A stretch of 64,000 nucleotides of DNA, taken from positions 44,330,001 to 44,394,000 of the forward strand of contig OZ024742.1 of NCBI GenBank assembly GCA_964016885.1, read 5' to 3'. Shown here in pieces: positions 42,222 to 54,859 of the stretch. Position numbers and translations under genes: made by a program. This stretch comes from Eledone cirrhosa (Eukaryota). Within the stretch, counting starts at the first letter, position 1. Each line of letters begins with the position of its first letter. Under the pieces are notes generated by a model. That model had not been told where the DNA came from, did not search any database, and worked only from the letters and a program-made list of their open reading frames with translations.

Positions 42222-42264
42222 ACGGTGCTGATGATAGCTAACAAGCTTGAAACTAGTACATCGT
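42222..42264 (+). ncRNA. Type-I minimal hammerhead ribozyme, copy 1
   Basis: ACGGTG-CTGATGA-tAGCT(aaca)AGCTt-GAAA-CTAG-TA-CATCGT; predicted cleavage after GUA at 42258. Confidence 0.8.
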
Positions 42265-42437
42265 TCCTGTGTCAGTGTTGAACAAAAAGGTGACGTGGTT
42301 GCCTTAACACCGTGCGGCATAAATTCAGGCTGTTCAGTTTGTTTACAAACGAACAAAGCGGGCGCTATAATAAGCGTCCGCTAAACTGATACGTACATAT
42401 ATGTATGTGTACCTGTATGTATATGTGTGTATATGTG

Positions 42438-42484
<47 letters not shown>

Positions 42485-42741
42485 GTGTGTGTATGTGTGT
42501 GTGCATGCTACTGTACGTCTGTATACATATATGTATGTACGTATACATACATACTTACATTTAAGTAAGTGCCGTACTAAGAGTGAGAAATGAAATTTCG
42601 TTTTCATTTTATTACAACTCATCGTTTTCGGTGCGCCTGACCGATTTAACTCACTCGATATGCAAATTAGGCTGCTCAGCCGTTAATTTTCATAAGGAAA
42701 GTATATACTTTCGAACGTTCAACTATCTGGCAGATGGGTAT

Positions 42742-42784
42742 ACGGTGCTGATGATAGCTAACAAGCTTGAAACTAGTACATCGT
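42742..42784 (+). ncRNA. Type-I minimal hammerhead ribozyme, copy 2
   Basis: identical to copy 1. Confidence 0.8.
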
Positions 42785-42957
42785 TCCTGTGTCAGTGTTG
42801 AACAAAAAGGTGACGTGGTTGCCTTAACACCGTGCGGCATAAATTCAGGCTGTTCAGTTTGTTTACAAACGAACAAAGCGGGCGCTATAATAAGCGTCCG
42901 CTAAACTGATACGTACATATATGTATGTGTACCTGTATGTATATGTGTGTATATGTG

Positions 42958-43004
<47 letters not shown>

Positions 43005-43261
43005 GTGTGTGTATGTGTGTGTGCATGCTACTGTACGTCTGTATACATATATGTATGTACGTATACATACATACTTACATTTAAGTAAGTGCCGTACTAA
43101 GAGTGAGAAATGAAATTTCGTTTTCATTTTATTACAACTCATCGTTTTCGGTGCGCCTGACCGATTTAACTCACTCGATATGCAAATTAGGCTGCTCAGC
43201 CGTTAATTTTCATAAGGAAAGTATATACTTTCGAACGTTCAACTATCTGGCAGATGGGTAT

Positions 43262-43304
43262 ACGGTGCTGATGATAGCTAACAAGCTTGAAACTAGTACA
43301 TCGT
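43262..43304 (+). ncRNA. Type-I minimal hammerhead ribozyme, copy 3
   Basis: identical to copy 1. Confidence 0.8.
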
Positions 43305-43477
43305 TCCTGTGTCAGTGTTGAACAAAAAGGTGACGTGGTTGCCTTAACACCGTGCGGCATAAATTCAGGCTGTTCAGTTTGTTTACAAACGAACAAAGCG
43401 GGCGCTATAATAAGCGTCCGCTAAACTGATACGTACATATATGTATGTGTACCTGTATGTATATGTGTGTATATGTG

Positions 43478-43524
<47 letters not shown>

Positions 43525-43783
43525 GTGTGTGTATGTGTGTGTGTGCATGCTACTGTACGTCTGTATACATATATGTATGTACGTATACATACATACTTAC
43601 ATTTAAGTAAGTGCCGTACTAAGAGTGAGAAATGAAATTTCGTTTTCATTTTATTACAACTCATCGTTTTCGGTGCGCCTGACCGATTTAACTCACTCGA
43701 TATGCAAATTAGGCTGCTCAGCCGTTAATTTTCATAAGGAAAGTATATACTTTCGAACGTTCAACTATCTGGCAGATGGGTAT

Positions 43784-43826
43784 ACGGTGCTGATGATAGC
43801 TAACAAGCTTGAAACTAGTACATCGT
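43784..43826 (+). ncRNA. Type-I minimal hammerhead ribozyme, copy 4
   Basis: identical to copy 1. Confidence 0.8.
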
Positions 43827-43999
43827 TCCTGTGTCAGTGTTGAACAAAAAGGTGACGTGGTTGCCTTAACACCGTGCGGCATAAATTCAGGCTGTTCAGT
43901 TTGTTTACAAACGAACAAAGCGGGCGCTATAATAAGCGTCCGCTAAACTGATACGTACATATATGTATGTGTACCTGTATGTATATGTGTGTATATGTG

Positions 44000-44046
<47 letters not shown>

Positions 44047-44181
44047 GTGTGTGTATGTGTGTGTGCATGCTACTGTACGTCTGTATACATATATGTATGT
44101 ACGTATACATACATACTTACATTTAAGTAAGTGCCGTACTAAGAGTGAGAAATGAAATTTCGTTTTCATTTTATTACAACT

Positions 44182-44414
44182 TATAGATATATAGATATAT
44201 ATATATATAGATATATATAGATATAGATATATAGATATATATAGATATATAGATATATATATATAGATATATATATATATATATATATAGATATATATAG
44301 ATATAGATATATATATATATATATATATAGATATATATAGATATATATATATATATATATAGATATATATATATATATAGATATAGATATATATAGATAT
44401 ATATATATATATAT

Positions 44415-44453
<39 letters not shown>

Positions 44454-44882
44454 TATATATAGATATATATATATATATATATATAGATAGATAGATAGAT
44501 ATATATATATATATAGATATATATATATATAGATATATATATATATATAGATATATATATATATAGATATATATATATATAGATATATATATATATAGAT
44601 ATATATATATATAGATATATATATATATAGATATATATATATATAGATATATATATAGATATATATAGATATATATATAGATATATATATATATATATAG
44701 ATATATATAGATATATATATATATATAGATATATATAGATATATATAGATATATATATATATATAGATATATATATATATAGATATATATATATATAGAT
44801 ATATATATATATAGATATATATATATATAGATATATATATATATATAGATATATATATATATATAGATATATATATATATAT

Positions 44883-44929
<47 letters not shown>

Positions 44930-45227
44930 TATATATATATATATAGATATATATATATATATAGATATATATATATATATATAGATATATATATATATAT
45001 AGATATATATATATATATATATATAGATATATATATATATAGATATATATATATAGATATATATATATATAGATATATATAGATATATATATATAGATAT
45101 ATATATATAGATATATATATATATAGATATATATATATAGATATATATATATATAGATATATATATATATAGATATATATATATCTATATAGATATATAT
45201 ATATATATATATAGATATATATATAGA

Positions 45228-45259
<32 letters not shown>

Positions 45260-45484
45260 TATATATATCTATATATATATATATATAGATATATATATAT
45301 ATCTATATATATATATATATAGATATATATATATATATATAGATATATATATATATCTATATATATATATATATAGATATATATATATATATCTATATAT
45401 ATATATATATAGATATATATATATATATATATAGATATATATAGATATATATATATATATATATATAGATATATATATATATAT

Positions 45485-45552
<68 letters not shown>
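44182..45552. repeat. ~1.4-kb (TA)n tract with mostly TAGA interruptions
   Basis: direct reading. Confidence 0.95.
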
Positions 45553-45554
<2 letters not shown>

Positions 45555-46299
45555 TGGTGGTTGTTGTGGCGATATACCGGAAGTATTGAAATTTGAATCC
45601 TTTAAAAGAAGTGAATCTTGAAACATGCAATAAAATTATTTATGATTAATCATTTGTTACGAAATTTAGTAGATAAATTATGTAATATTCATTCATTATC
45701 TATTCAAAGTAATCCAACTTATTTTACAAACGGGATTTAAAAATATATTCTAGACGCTGTCCTGCACTCCTTACTTTATTATAGTATAGATATGTATGTT
45801 TATATATCATCATTATCATCACATATCTATTTTCTATGCTGGCACAAACATACACACATAGACAGGTGTATGTATGTGTGTATGCATAAAACAAATCCAA
45901 ATTTTGAAAAAGGAGTGTGTTACTATAAATATATTGTATCGATAAAATCCCTTATGACAAAGGCATTCTAATTTTAGGATGCACTAAGGAAAATATGTTG
46001 AGATAATCTGAAATATTTTGTACTAGGTTATTAGTTATATTTCTTGGGTGATTGGTCGTGTTTATGGGTTTGATGCTATATAATTTAACAACTATTTTTC
46101 AACACTTGTGATCTATTTATTTATACATTTAAAAAATAATAATGTCATTGCAATGAAAATCAGCTGTGTGTTGTTACACATTGATGTTTTCAAGAAGGTC
46201 AAGGATAACGCAAGAACATAAAGGAAAAGTCAATACTCAAATTTCTGCATGGCTCTAATGACAGAAAGGTGCAGCTATATCTGTTCTGGTGTTATATAT

Positions 46300-46600
46300 A
46301 TATACTGGTGTTCTGAAGCCATATTGCATCAACGAATAAATGTCCTGATCTTATGGCATTAGCTAACTTGACAAAAAAATGTCCGGATTGTTGAAGGCAA
46401 CATAATGTAGGCAGGTGAAAGGAAGATGTTCAAATATGAAAGACTTAAGGATTTGTGTGAAGTGAAAGGATGGTGTTACCAGTAGAGGTTAGATGTTGTA
46501 GGTTTGTAACTAGATCAGCAATGTCTCACTTGGTTGGCATTGGACTTAGAAAGGATAGCAGAACAGTAATGTGTGAACAGGAGAGGGAAGCAGAAAATAC
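46300..46600 (+). mobile_element. Highly decayed R2/Hero-like RLE remnant
   Basis: fragments read as PD..., EGNI..AGERKMFKYERL..LCEVKGW, PVEV; broken by stops and frameshifts. Confidence 0.45.
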
Positions 46601-47192
46601 TTCATCATGAATGTGACAGGCACATTTGAGAGAAAGACTAAAGCAAATAGCAAAGGACAAACCCTCAGTAGGTAGTGAAACAAATAGGTGTATGGTTGGA
46701 ATAGATACACCCCCTCCTGGTTTGCTGTGGGGGATAACAGATGAGTGGGGAATGTGTTATGTGCCCTAAAACCTAAACATTCCTTGGCAGAATCAATGCT
46801 GCTTGGCACTGCTGGAGATAAGGATATTGTGAGAAGGTGCTAAAATAGTTTTGATTTTTAACTGATAACTGGAGCATCCTGGAATGCAAGTAGTCCATAA
46901 AATAATTTCTAACACACTGTCTTAAAGATAACCAGTTTTTTTCTCATAATATACCCCATATTTACATTTCTTCCTTTTTTATGAATACATACATAAAGTT
47001 TAAGCCATCACTAATTTCCTGAATACTATGAATACTAAATAATTCACCATATATCTTCTGAAAGCCTTTTTCCCTTTTATGCTAATATTTTCTTCTAAAA
47101 ATATTAAAAATAATTTATAGTTTTCAATACTAGCTGAATAGGTGCAAGAGGTGAAATTTAAAGTTCTCATTAACTAACCAACCAACTAAATA

Positions 47193-47218
<26 letters not shown>

Positions 47219-47224
<6 letters not shown>

Positions 47225-47602
47225 TAGTAAAAGGAAAAGAAAATGCTGACAAATTTTTTCCAGTGAAAAATAGTTTAATTAGGAATAAGTATAAATTAGT
47301 AATAAGTATTGGTTAGTATTCAGTTTTAGTTTTAAGTTTTTATCGGTTACGCATTTCTAATGTTTTTCAAAAATAATTTTGAGATAGAGCGCTCATGATG
47401 TTTGCTCTAATCTGATTAGAGCAAACATCACGAGCGCTCTATCTCAAAATTATTTTTGAAAAGCATTAGAAATGCGCAACCGGTAAAAACTTAAAACTAA
47501 AACTGAATACTAACCACTACTTATTACTAATTTATACTTATTCCTAACTATTTTTCACTGGGAAAAATTTGTCAGCATTTTCTTTTCCTTTTACTAATAT
47601 AT
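47219..47602. repeat. Near-perfect ~190-bp-arm palindrome centred at 47413
   Basis: ...tttgctctaatc-t-gattagagcaaa...; the arms differ by a few substitutions and one small indel. Confidence 0.9.
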
Positions 47603-47643
47603 CACAACTCGTGTGTTACACCTCTATTTTTAAAAATATATAT

Positions 47644-47985
47644 GGAGGCACATGGCTTAGTGGTTAGAGCATTAGCCTTGCAATCGAAAGGTTGTGAGTT
47701 CAATTCTCAGACCGGGTGATGTGTTGTTTCCTTGAGCAAGACACTTTATTTCACATTGCTACAGTTTACTCAGCTGTAGAAATGAGATGATAGGGACTGG
47801 GGTCCATATCATTCCACTGCAAAGTGGTCGTGGAGGTGCCTCGGCAAAAAAGCACCCAGCACTCACTGTAAATGAGGTTGGTGTTAGGAAGGGCATCCAG
47901 CTGTAGAAATCAAGCGAGCATCAGTTCCCGTCCCACCCTTGCAAGCAGGGAAAAAGCGGACGTAAAATGAAATGATGATGATGAT
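47644..47985 (+). mobile_element. tRNA-headed SINE family 1
   Basis: near-identical to 34612-35003. Confidence 0.85.
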
Positions 47986-48992
47986 ATATATATATATATA
48001 TCTATATATATATATATATATACATATACACATATATACATATAACGAAGGAATTGTGGTAAGGAACTAGATGGACCATAACGCACGAAAGTACTCAATA
48101 CTTAGGGTAGTAGAGTGGGTAATAGGAACAAGTATGATCCCGACGGCAGAGCTCAAGCCGTTTCGACAGCTGTTTCTGGACTAAATAAGAATTTTTAGCC
48201 TGGTAAATAGGTAAATAAATAGCCGAACTTCTCAGGGGGTATTTCCTTATATGGGAAGATAGTAATTGTCAAGAGGATTGGTCAAAAATTTGTTGTAAAG
48301 ACAGATAAATCTATCATGGCATTTGGTGGGAGGTAGGGGTGGCTGAACTTGCCAGTAGAACAAAGAGGGAGTGGGAGAAACCCAGTCAAGCGTTGAAAGT
48401 GAAATCTATACAGCATATTCTAAGGATAGTGTATAAAAGGTCGAAAAAAGTGTACTGGAGAAGAGGGGGGGGGGGGGTAGTTGAAAGAATAGGTAAATTG
48501 AAAGGGAGTAAAAAAACACTGCTACTATAGATAGTTAGTAATCAGCCAATGCTATCTTACAATGACAGGTTAATAAGTTGAGAATGAAAATACTAAAATA
48601 CTACTACAGAGATACTAATACAAAATATTAATACAAAAATACTAATACAAAAATACCACTAAGAAATTTAGAAACCATAGAAATGAAGCAGCAACCAAGC
48701 AACCAGAAAGAAAAAAAATTACTGGGGTCTAACACATCTGCTATAAAAAGCGTGATCATCCAATCCTATCTTAAAATTAGGGGTAGGGGGTACTGAGGCT
48801 ACAGAGGGCCGATGGGCTGCAATCGGGGTAGGCGAAAGGTGAAAAAAAGACGAGGAAGGAGATCTGGGGTGGAAGGACTAGGAAGAGATGGCGGGAAGAA
48901 GGAAACATAGAGGAAACGATAAAAAAGTTACGTCTACCTTTGTAAGCAGGGGTTACCCCTTACAAAATCGGCAAGTGGAGGGTATCGGCCCT

Positions 48993-51725
48993 TGTCATCA
49001 TATAACCGGCCTTTCGTACGCAGGGAGAAACCCTTCTTCGTCAACAGAGGAAGCAGCTCCCTAAACTTCTTCCAACCCGTCCTTATTCTAGATACTATGG
49101 CCTCGGAACACCCCCCTGCCATGCTAATCTGATCTAGGTACCGGAAGCTATCCACCACTTCTATAGCACCCGCCTGCATTTGAAAAATGTGTCTATCAAT
49201 GCGACTTCTACTGTCTAATTTCCCTGTACATCTAGTGCATACATATTTCTCCCTACCTGTTAGTTTGCCTGCTATCCCACTACATCTCTTGTGTACCCAG
49301 GATCTGCATTGTGTGCATTTTATAGAATTTATGCGAGTTCCTTTTCTGCATATCGAACATGGCCATTTCCCTGACGGAATCAGAGTTTTGTCCTCTTTTC
49401 TACTCATCAACACTTTTGTCTTAGCTAGGTTCACTCTCAGTCCTCTTGTTTCCAACTGCTGTTTCCAGAGCCGGAATTTATTCTCTAGCTCCTCTACTGA
49501 TTCTGCTATAAGAACCAGATCATCAGCATAGAGAAGTTCCCATGGACAGCCAGTCTTAAACTCCTCTGTTATGGTTTGGAGGACTATAATGAACAAGAGC
49601 GGGCTGAGGACTGAACCTACTTGTATCTGGAATTCTCATTTTACTGACAGCTCTTCTGTACATAGCTTGCACTGTCCTCACAAGCCATTCCTCTACACCT
49701 AGTTTCCTTAGGGACCATCAGATGACAGATCAGGGTACCCTATCAAAGGCCTTCTCTAGGTCAACAAAGGCTAAGTATAGTGGCTTATTTTTCTCTAAGA
49801 ACCTCTTTTGTAATTGTCTCACCAAGAAGAGGGCATCTGTTGTACTCTTCCCAGGCACAAAACCAAACTGCATCTCATCTAGTTTGACCCTTTCTCTAAT
49901 TAGTTGTGTTAATATCCTTTCTGCCACTTTCATAACCTGATCCATCAGTTTTATACCCCTATAGTTGCTCCTCTCCAGAGCATCTCCTTTACCTTTGTAG
50001 CAATTTATGAGAATACTGTTGCACCAGTCTTTGGGTATGACACCACCATAAATAGCCTGATTGATGATGCGTGCAACCAGTTTAGTGCCTACGTCCCCTG
50101 ATGCCTTCAGCATCTCAGCAACTATCCCTGATGGTCCAGCAGTCTTACCATTTTTCATTTCCTTAATAGCCTCTTGGACCCTATATTCGTCAATCTCAAT
50201 AGCTGGTCCCTCTGTCGGATCTACTGAGGGTAATTTCTCTCTCTCCCATTTGTTCTCCACATTCATCAGTCTCTCATAATGACATTTCCAGGTCTTCTTT
50301 TTCTGGTCATTCGTGACACTAAGTACACCGGCATCATTCAGGACACATTTATCTCCAACAACATCCTGATTTGCATTGACACACTGCCTTGCAATGTGGA
50401 ACACCGCATGCCTCTGATCTTCCCGTCGCAGAACATTGACAAACCTTCTACTCTCAGCCTCCCTGCGTGCTAAGTACACCTGACGTCTAGCTTCTCTCTT
50501 AGCGGCTGTATATCCTTCTCTACTCCCACCCTTTTTCCAAGCCTTCCATGCTAGTCTTTTGTCTCTAATAGCCTTATCTACTGTGCTGTTCCACCACCAG
50601 GTCACTCTCTGTCTGGTTGGAGCTTTGCTCCAGCCACAAGTTTCATCAGTAGCCTGCAGTAAGTTGTCACGTAAGAAATTCCAGTTATTATCTATGCCAT
50701 ACGTCTCTAAATCGTTTTCTTTTTCGTCATACACATCTTGAAGGGCTTTACTAAATTTGTATTTTAGTGAAAGGACTTTTAGCTTCCAGACCTTTCTTCT
50801 CCACACCTTCCTGTATGTCTCATTCCATATCTTGCTTACTGAGATATCACTAACAACTAACCTATGCTGTGGGGTACATTCTTCCCCAGGGTATGCTTTG
50901 GTATTAGACACTATCTGCCAGTCCCGCTGCCTAACTAGTAAGAAGTCAATCTGGCTTATGTGCTCGCCAGATTTGTATGTTATTAGGTGGTTGGCAGGTT
51001 TCTGGAAGTTAGTGTTGCAAATAGTCAGTGTACTTGCATCACAAAATTCAAGAAGTCTCACTCCTTCTTCATTTCTTGAGCCGTAACCGTGCCCACCATG
51101 TACCCCAGTGTAACCATCCGGGAGCTGTCCAACATGACCATTGAAGTCTCCTGCTAGAATAACGATGTCTCCGTCCTCTGTCATTGCGGTTGTTTGTAAA
51201 AGTTGCTCGTAAAAGCAGTCTTTCTCTTCTTTGCCTAGGCCTGCTTGGGGAGCATAGGCCGAGATGATTGTCAGTAGTCTCCTGCCTACAACTAATCTAA
51301 GCTTAATTTTTCGATTACTAACTCGAACTACCTCTATTGTCTTATTGATCCATCTCTCAGCCAGGAAAATGCCTACTCCCCTAAACCATCATCCTTACCT
51401 ACCCAGAAAAGCTTATAGCTAAGATGTTTGCCTACGACTAGTCTCGCAGAGGCACCTCTCCAACTCACCTCTTGCATGCAGCACACATTCACATGCCTTC
51501 TCTCCAGCATCTCCGCTATTTCAGCAGATGTACCTCTGAGAGTGCCAACATTAAGTGTTGCAACTCTGAGATGCGACGTCTTCATATTTTGTTGTTCCTA
51601 TGTACTTGTTGCTGTGCTAATAATCATTTTGGCATTGATACACTGGGTGGATGCCCTTCCTAACACCAGCGCCACTTTACAGAATGAACTGGGTGCTTTT
51701 ATTTGTGCCACCAGCACTAGAGAGG
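48993..51725 (-). mobile_element. RTE LINE, second subfamily (APE + RT + Cys/His finger), frameshifted and 3'-truncated
   Basis: ORFs 51373-51585, 49730-51184 and 48934-49596 are colinear with the LINE at 7237-11425. Confidence 0.92.
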
Positions 51726-51924
51726 ATGTCTTACTAGACTCAATGGCTCTCTCTACCCCTCCATTTTACACCATGGTTATAAGAAAAAACCCCCCCAAAA
51801 AACACTTATTGACACTCACGGCACACACACACACACACTCACACACCAACACTCATGCATACAAACTACAAACACACACGCCACTCACACACCAACACTC
51901 ATGCATACAAACACACACACCACT

Positions 51925-51957
<33 letters not shown>

Positions 51958-52253
51958 TAGTGTCAGTACTGTTACAATATTTATATATATATATATATAT
52001 ATATAATATATTAACAAATGGAAACTATATTTATAAAACCATATTTATTTCATTATACATATTTCAAGGACACCAAACCAAATTATGGTGCGCTTTCATC
52101 AGATAAAATATAATATAGATCAGTTTTATAAACAAATATTGACATACCCTTAAAGAATGCGACCATGTCGGTTGGAAGCTCCCGGATAGTGTATTTTTAC
52201 TCCAAAAGTTTGTTGAGTGCTTTATATCGGTTATAAAAATATTTGCTTGTTGT

Positions 52254-52599
52254 CATCATTTCATTTTTCATTTCATTTTACGTCCGCCTTTTCCCTGCTT
52301 GCAAGGGTGGGACGGGAACTGATTCTCGCTTGATTTCTACAGCTGGATGCCCTTCCTAACACCAACCTCATTTACAGTGAGTGGTGGGTGCTTTTTTGCC
52401 GTGGCACCTCCACGACCACTTTGCAGTGGAATGATAGGGACCCCAGTTCCTATCATCTCATTTCTACAGCTGAGTAAACTGGAGCAATGTGAAATAAAGT
52501 GTCTTGCTCAAGGAAACAACACATCACCCGGTCTGAGAATTGAACTCACAACCTTTCGATTGCAAGGCCAATGCTCTAACCACTAAGCCATGTGCCTCC
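52254..52599 (-). mobile_element. tRNA-headed SINE family 1
   Basis: reverse complement of 47644-47985. Confidence 0.85.
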
Positions 52600-52704
52600 C
52601 AACAAATTAAATATCCCAACAAATTAAATATAACTTCTTCATATATATATATATATATAGTGACGAAACATAAGTCAATTGCATGAACTCATAATCCTTT
52701 ATTT

Positions 52705-52760
52705 ACTGCTATATATATTTCGATGATAGCCATTGAATGGCTATGACCTCATCAGGCAGT
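52705..52760 (-). ncRNA. Type-I minimal hammerhead ribozyme motif
   Basis: minus strand ACTGC-CTGATGA-GGTcATAGCCAT(tca)ATGGCTATcATC-GAAA-TATATA-TA-GCAGT. Confidence 0.75.
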
Positions 52761-53989
52761 TAGTCAGTTCTTAGATATGCCAGCTCTGTGTTTATAGTGT
52801 TGATGGTATCATAGCCTTGGGACATATTATGTATCATCATCATATATATATATAAAGTCTGGGATGCTGAAACCAGGAAGACCACAAATCAGGATAGTAC
52901 TCTATGTATGGAAAAAAGTAGATATAAAGAAAGGTAAAAACCCAACAGTTTTGGCTTGTATTTGGCAGTCTTTTCAAGGGTGTACTAGGATATGAAGAAT
53001 TTTTGGCAAATGTATGTAGGAAGCAATTTGGGGGAATATGTGGAATTGGGTCACTTTTTGGGGCTGGTCAATTCTATCTCAGCCATTAATGGTATGGTGT
53101 GGTCAGAGGTATCAGCAGGAGAAGCAATTTTCACCATAGAATGCCTTTCTTTCAGTTTTTTTTTAATTCCACATCAGACCATGTTTCCTCCATGCCTCAT
53201 CTCCCATTATTTATTTCCTCTGGCCTATCCCCATGAATCAGCAATTGTCCCCCAATGTAGTTTCTATGGAAATTTACTGAGTGGAGCTGAATGTTGAAGT
53301 GGTATTAATGGGTTGTTGTGTATTTTAGTGTGAGTATCTTCATGTAAACATCAGGTGACCTCTGTGAGGACAACTCTTTGCCTCATAGTGAAAACAATGC
53401 CCTCTGCTGATGGTATAGATCAACAGAATAATGAGGTCGTGTTGAAGGAATACATGAGATGATCAATAAAAGCTAGATTTCTTAAATTGTCCAATCCAAT
53501 CCAGGGCCTTCTCACTCCTGTTGGAGGAACCCCTCCCTATTTGAATTCCACTGCTTTCTGTTTGGTTTTAGTTATGTCAGGGGTGTAGCTGTACTCACTA
53601 CACTTGACCGATTGCGGGTTGATGAGGCTATTTAACCCATAGTTGGGGTGGATGGCAGTTGACTCTGATGAGTTCATCTGCCCTTTTAACAGCTCTTGTT
53701 TTTTTTGCTGCTGACCAGAGTATGGCAGGGAAGCTGGCTTAGTTGCTGGTCACTCAACCATAAAGCAGGTTGTACTGGGTTACATGGTACTAGTAGCAGG
53801 CAGAACCCTGTTAATAACTGATAATAAATATCAATTTGTCAATACATCCTGCAAGCAATAAAAATATTAAAGATGTTTGAGAAGATAAACTTTCATGTCT
53901 CACTGGGACAAAATTGTGCTGAAATATAATTAAAGAAGGTCATATGTTAGAGGATGAGATTAGTATGAATCAGCAACAACAGCCTTGTA

Positions 53990-54210
53990 GAAATGGTGCT
54001 GGTAATAATGGAATTTGAAGAAGTTGATGCAGGTGATATTCAGGATTTATTACATGCTGATAACAGGAATTTCACCTATGAAAACCTTAAGGAGTTAACA
54101 GAATCCCAAGTGTCTACTTCAGATAGTGAAGAAGATGCTCCTCTACATCTGGTTTTGATAATAGAAATCTTATCTAAAAACCACAGTGGAATAACTCATG
54201 CTTTAGAGTG
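53990..54210 (+). mobile_element. Possible Tigger/pogo transposase C-terminal remnant
   Basis: FEEVDAGDIQDLL...FTYENLKEL...SDSEED resembles the acidic C-terminus of Tigger transposases. Confidence 0.45.
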
Positions 54211-54859
54211 ACCCATAGAAAATTATCCAAATTTTGTGTAAACATGAAATTGAAAAATATTTAAGGCAGTGCTGAATTATTATTGAGATGAATTAGAGGT
54301 TTGGAAGAAGTAGGAAAAACTGTCAAACCTTTGGTACCTTTTTATAAAATAAAACACCAAACAAAACTAGCAATACTATATTTATTTTTTGTGTTGCATT
54401 TTTTACTTGTATCAACTAAAGGAAGTGTGTATAGTTTTTTGATTGAATTACATATAATTTTGCTCAAAAGATTTTTTAATATAAGTGTACTCCTGGCATT
54501 AATGGTCTTGGTTATGTGCAGAATTTTCCTTAGAACCTAACTAATAATTGTTTGTGGAAACCAGCATATTAGCAGAATTGTAAATATCTTCCACGATTTT
54601 TTAATAACTTTTTTGTGGTAACATATATTTTTTCATATTTTTAATGCTAAATTATTAATAACAATATACCATATTTGCTGGCCTATATTTTACGTTATGT
54701 TTTGACGTTTATAGGCATTTTTATGGACCACGTCCAATATTTGCAGTTTTTCACTCATCGCAAGTGCTGTAAGAATACTGGGGGACAACTGTATAGGCAT
54801 TGTATGTTTACTGTATTTTAAATAATTAATTAAACTTAGTTGCATTGGCCACAAATCAC

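Larger units (their letters stand above)
41950..44181 (+). repeat. Tandem array of 520/522-bp units (~4.3 copies), each with a hammerhead motif; retrozyme-like
   Basis: ORF track repeats at offsets of 520, 520 and 522; the units are essentially identical. Confidence 0.95.

Noticed and set aside
42358-42390. Helitron 3' hairpin plus CTRR as the explanation for the 520-bp array
   Set aside because: Hairpin-to-CTGA spacing is only 4 nt and the array ends do not coincide with it; the hammerhead explanation is better supported
38102-45630. Long YI-repeat ORFs
   Set aside because: Translations of (TA)n microsatellites
48050-48240. Hammerhead-like pieces (GAAAGTACTC; minus-strand CTGAGAA...GAAACAGCTGTC)
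   Set aside because: The CUGANGA box is broken; at best decayed Penelope remnants
53666-53700. CTGATGA as a hammerhead core
   Set aside because: No GAAA box or supporting stems downstream
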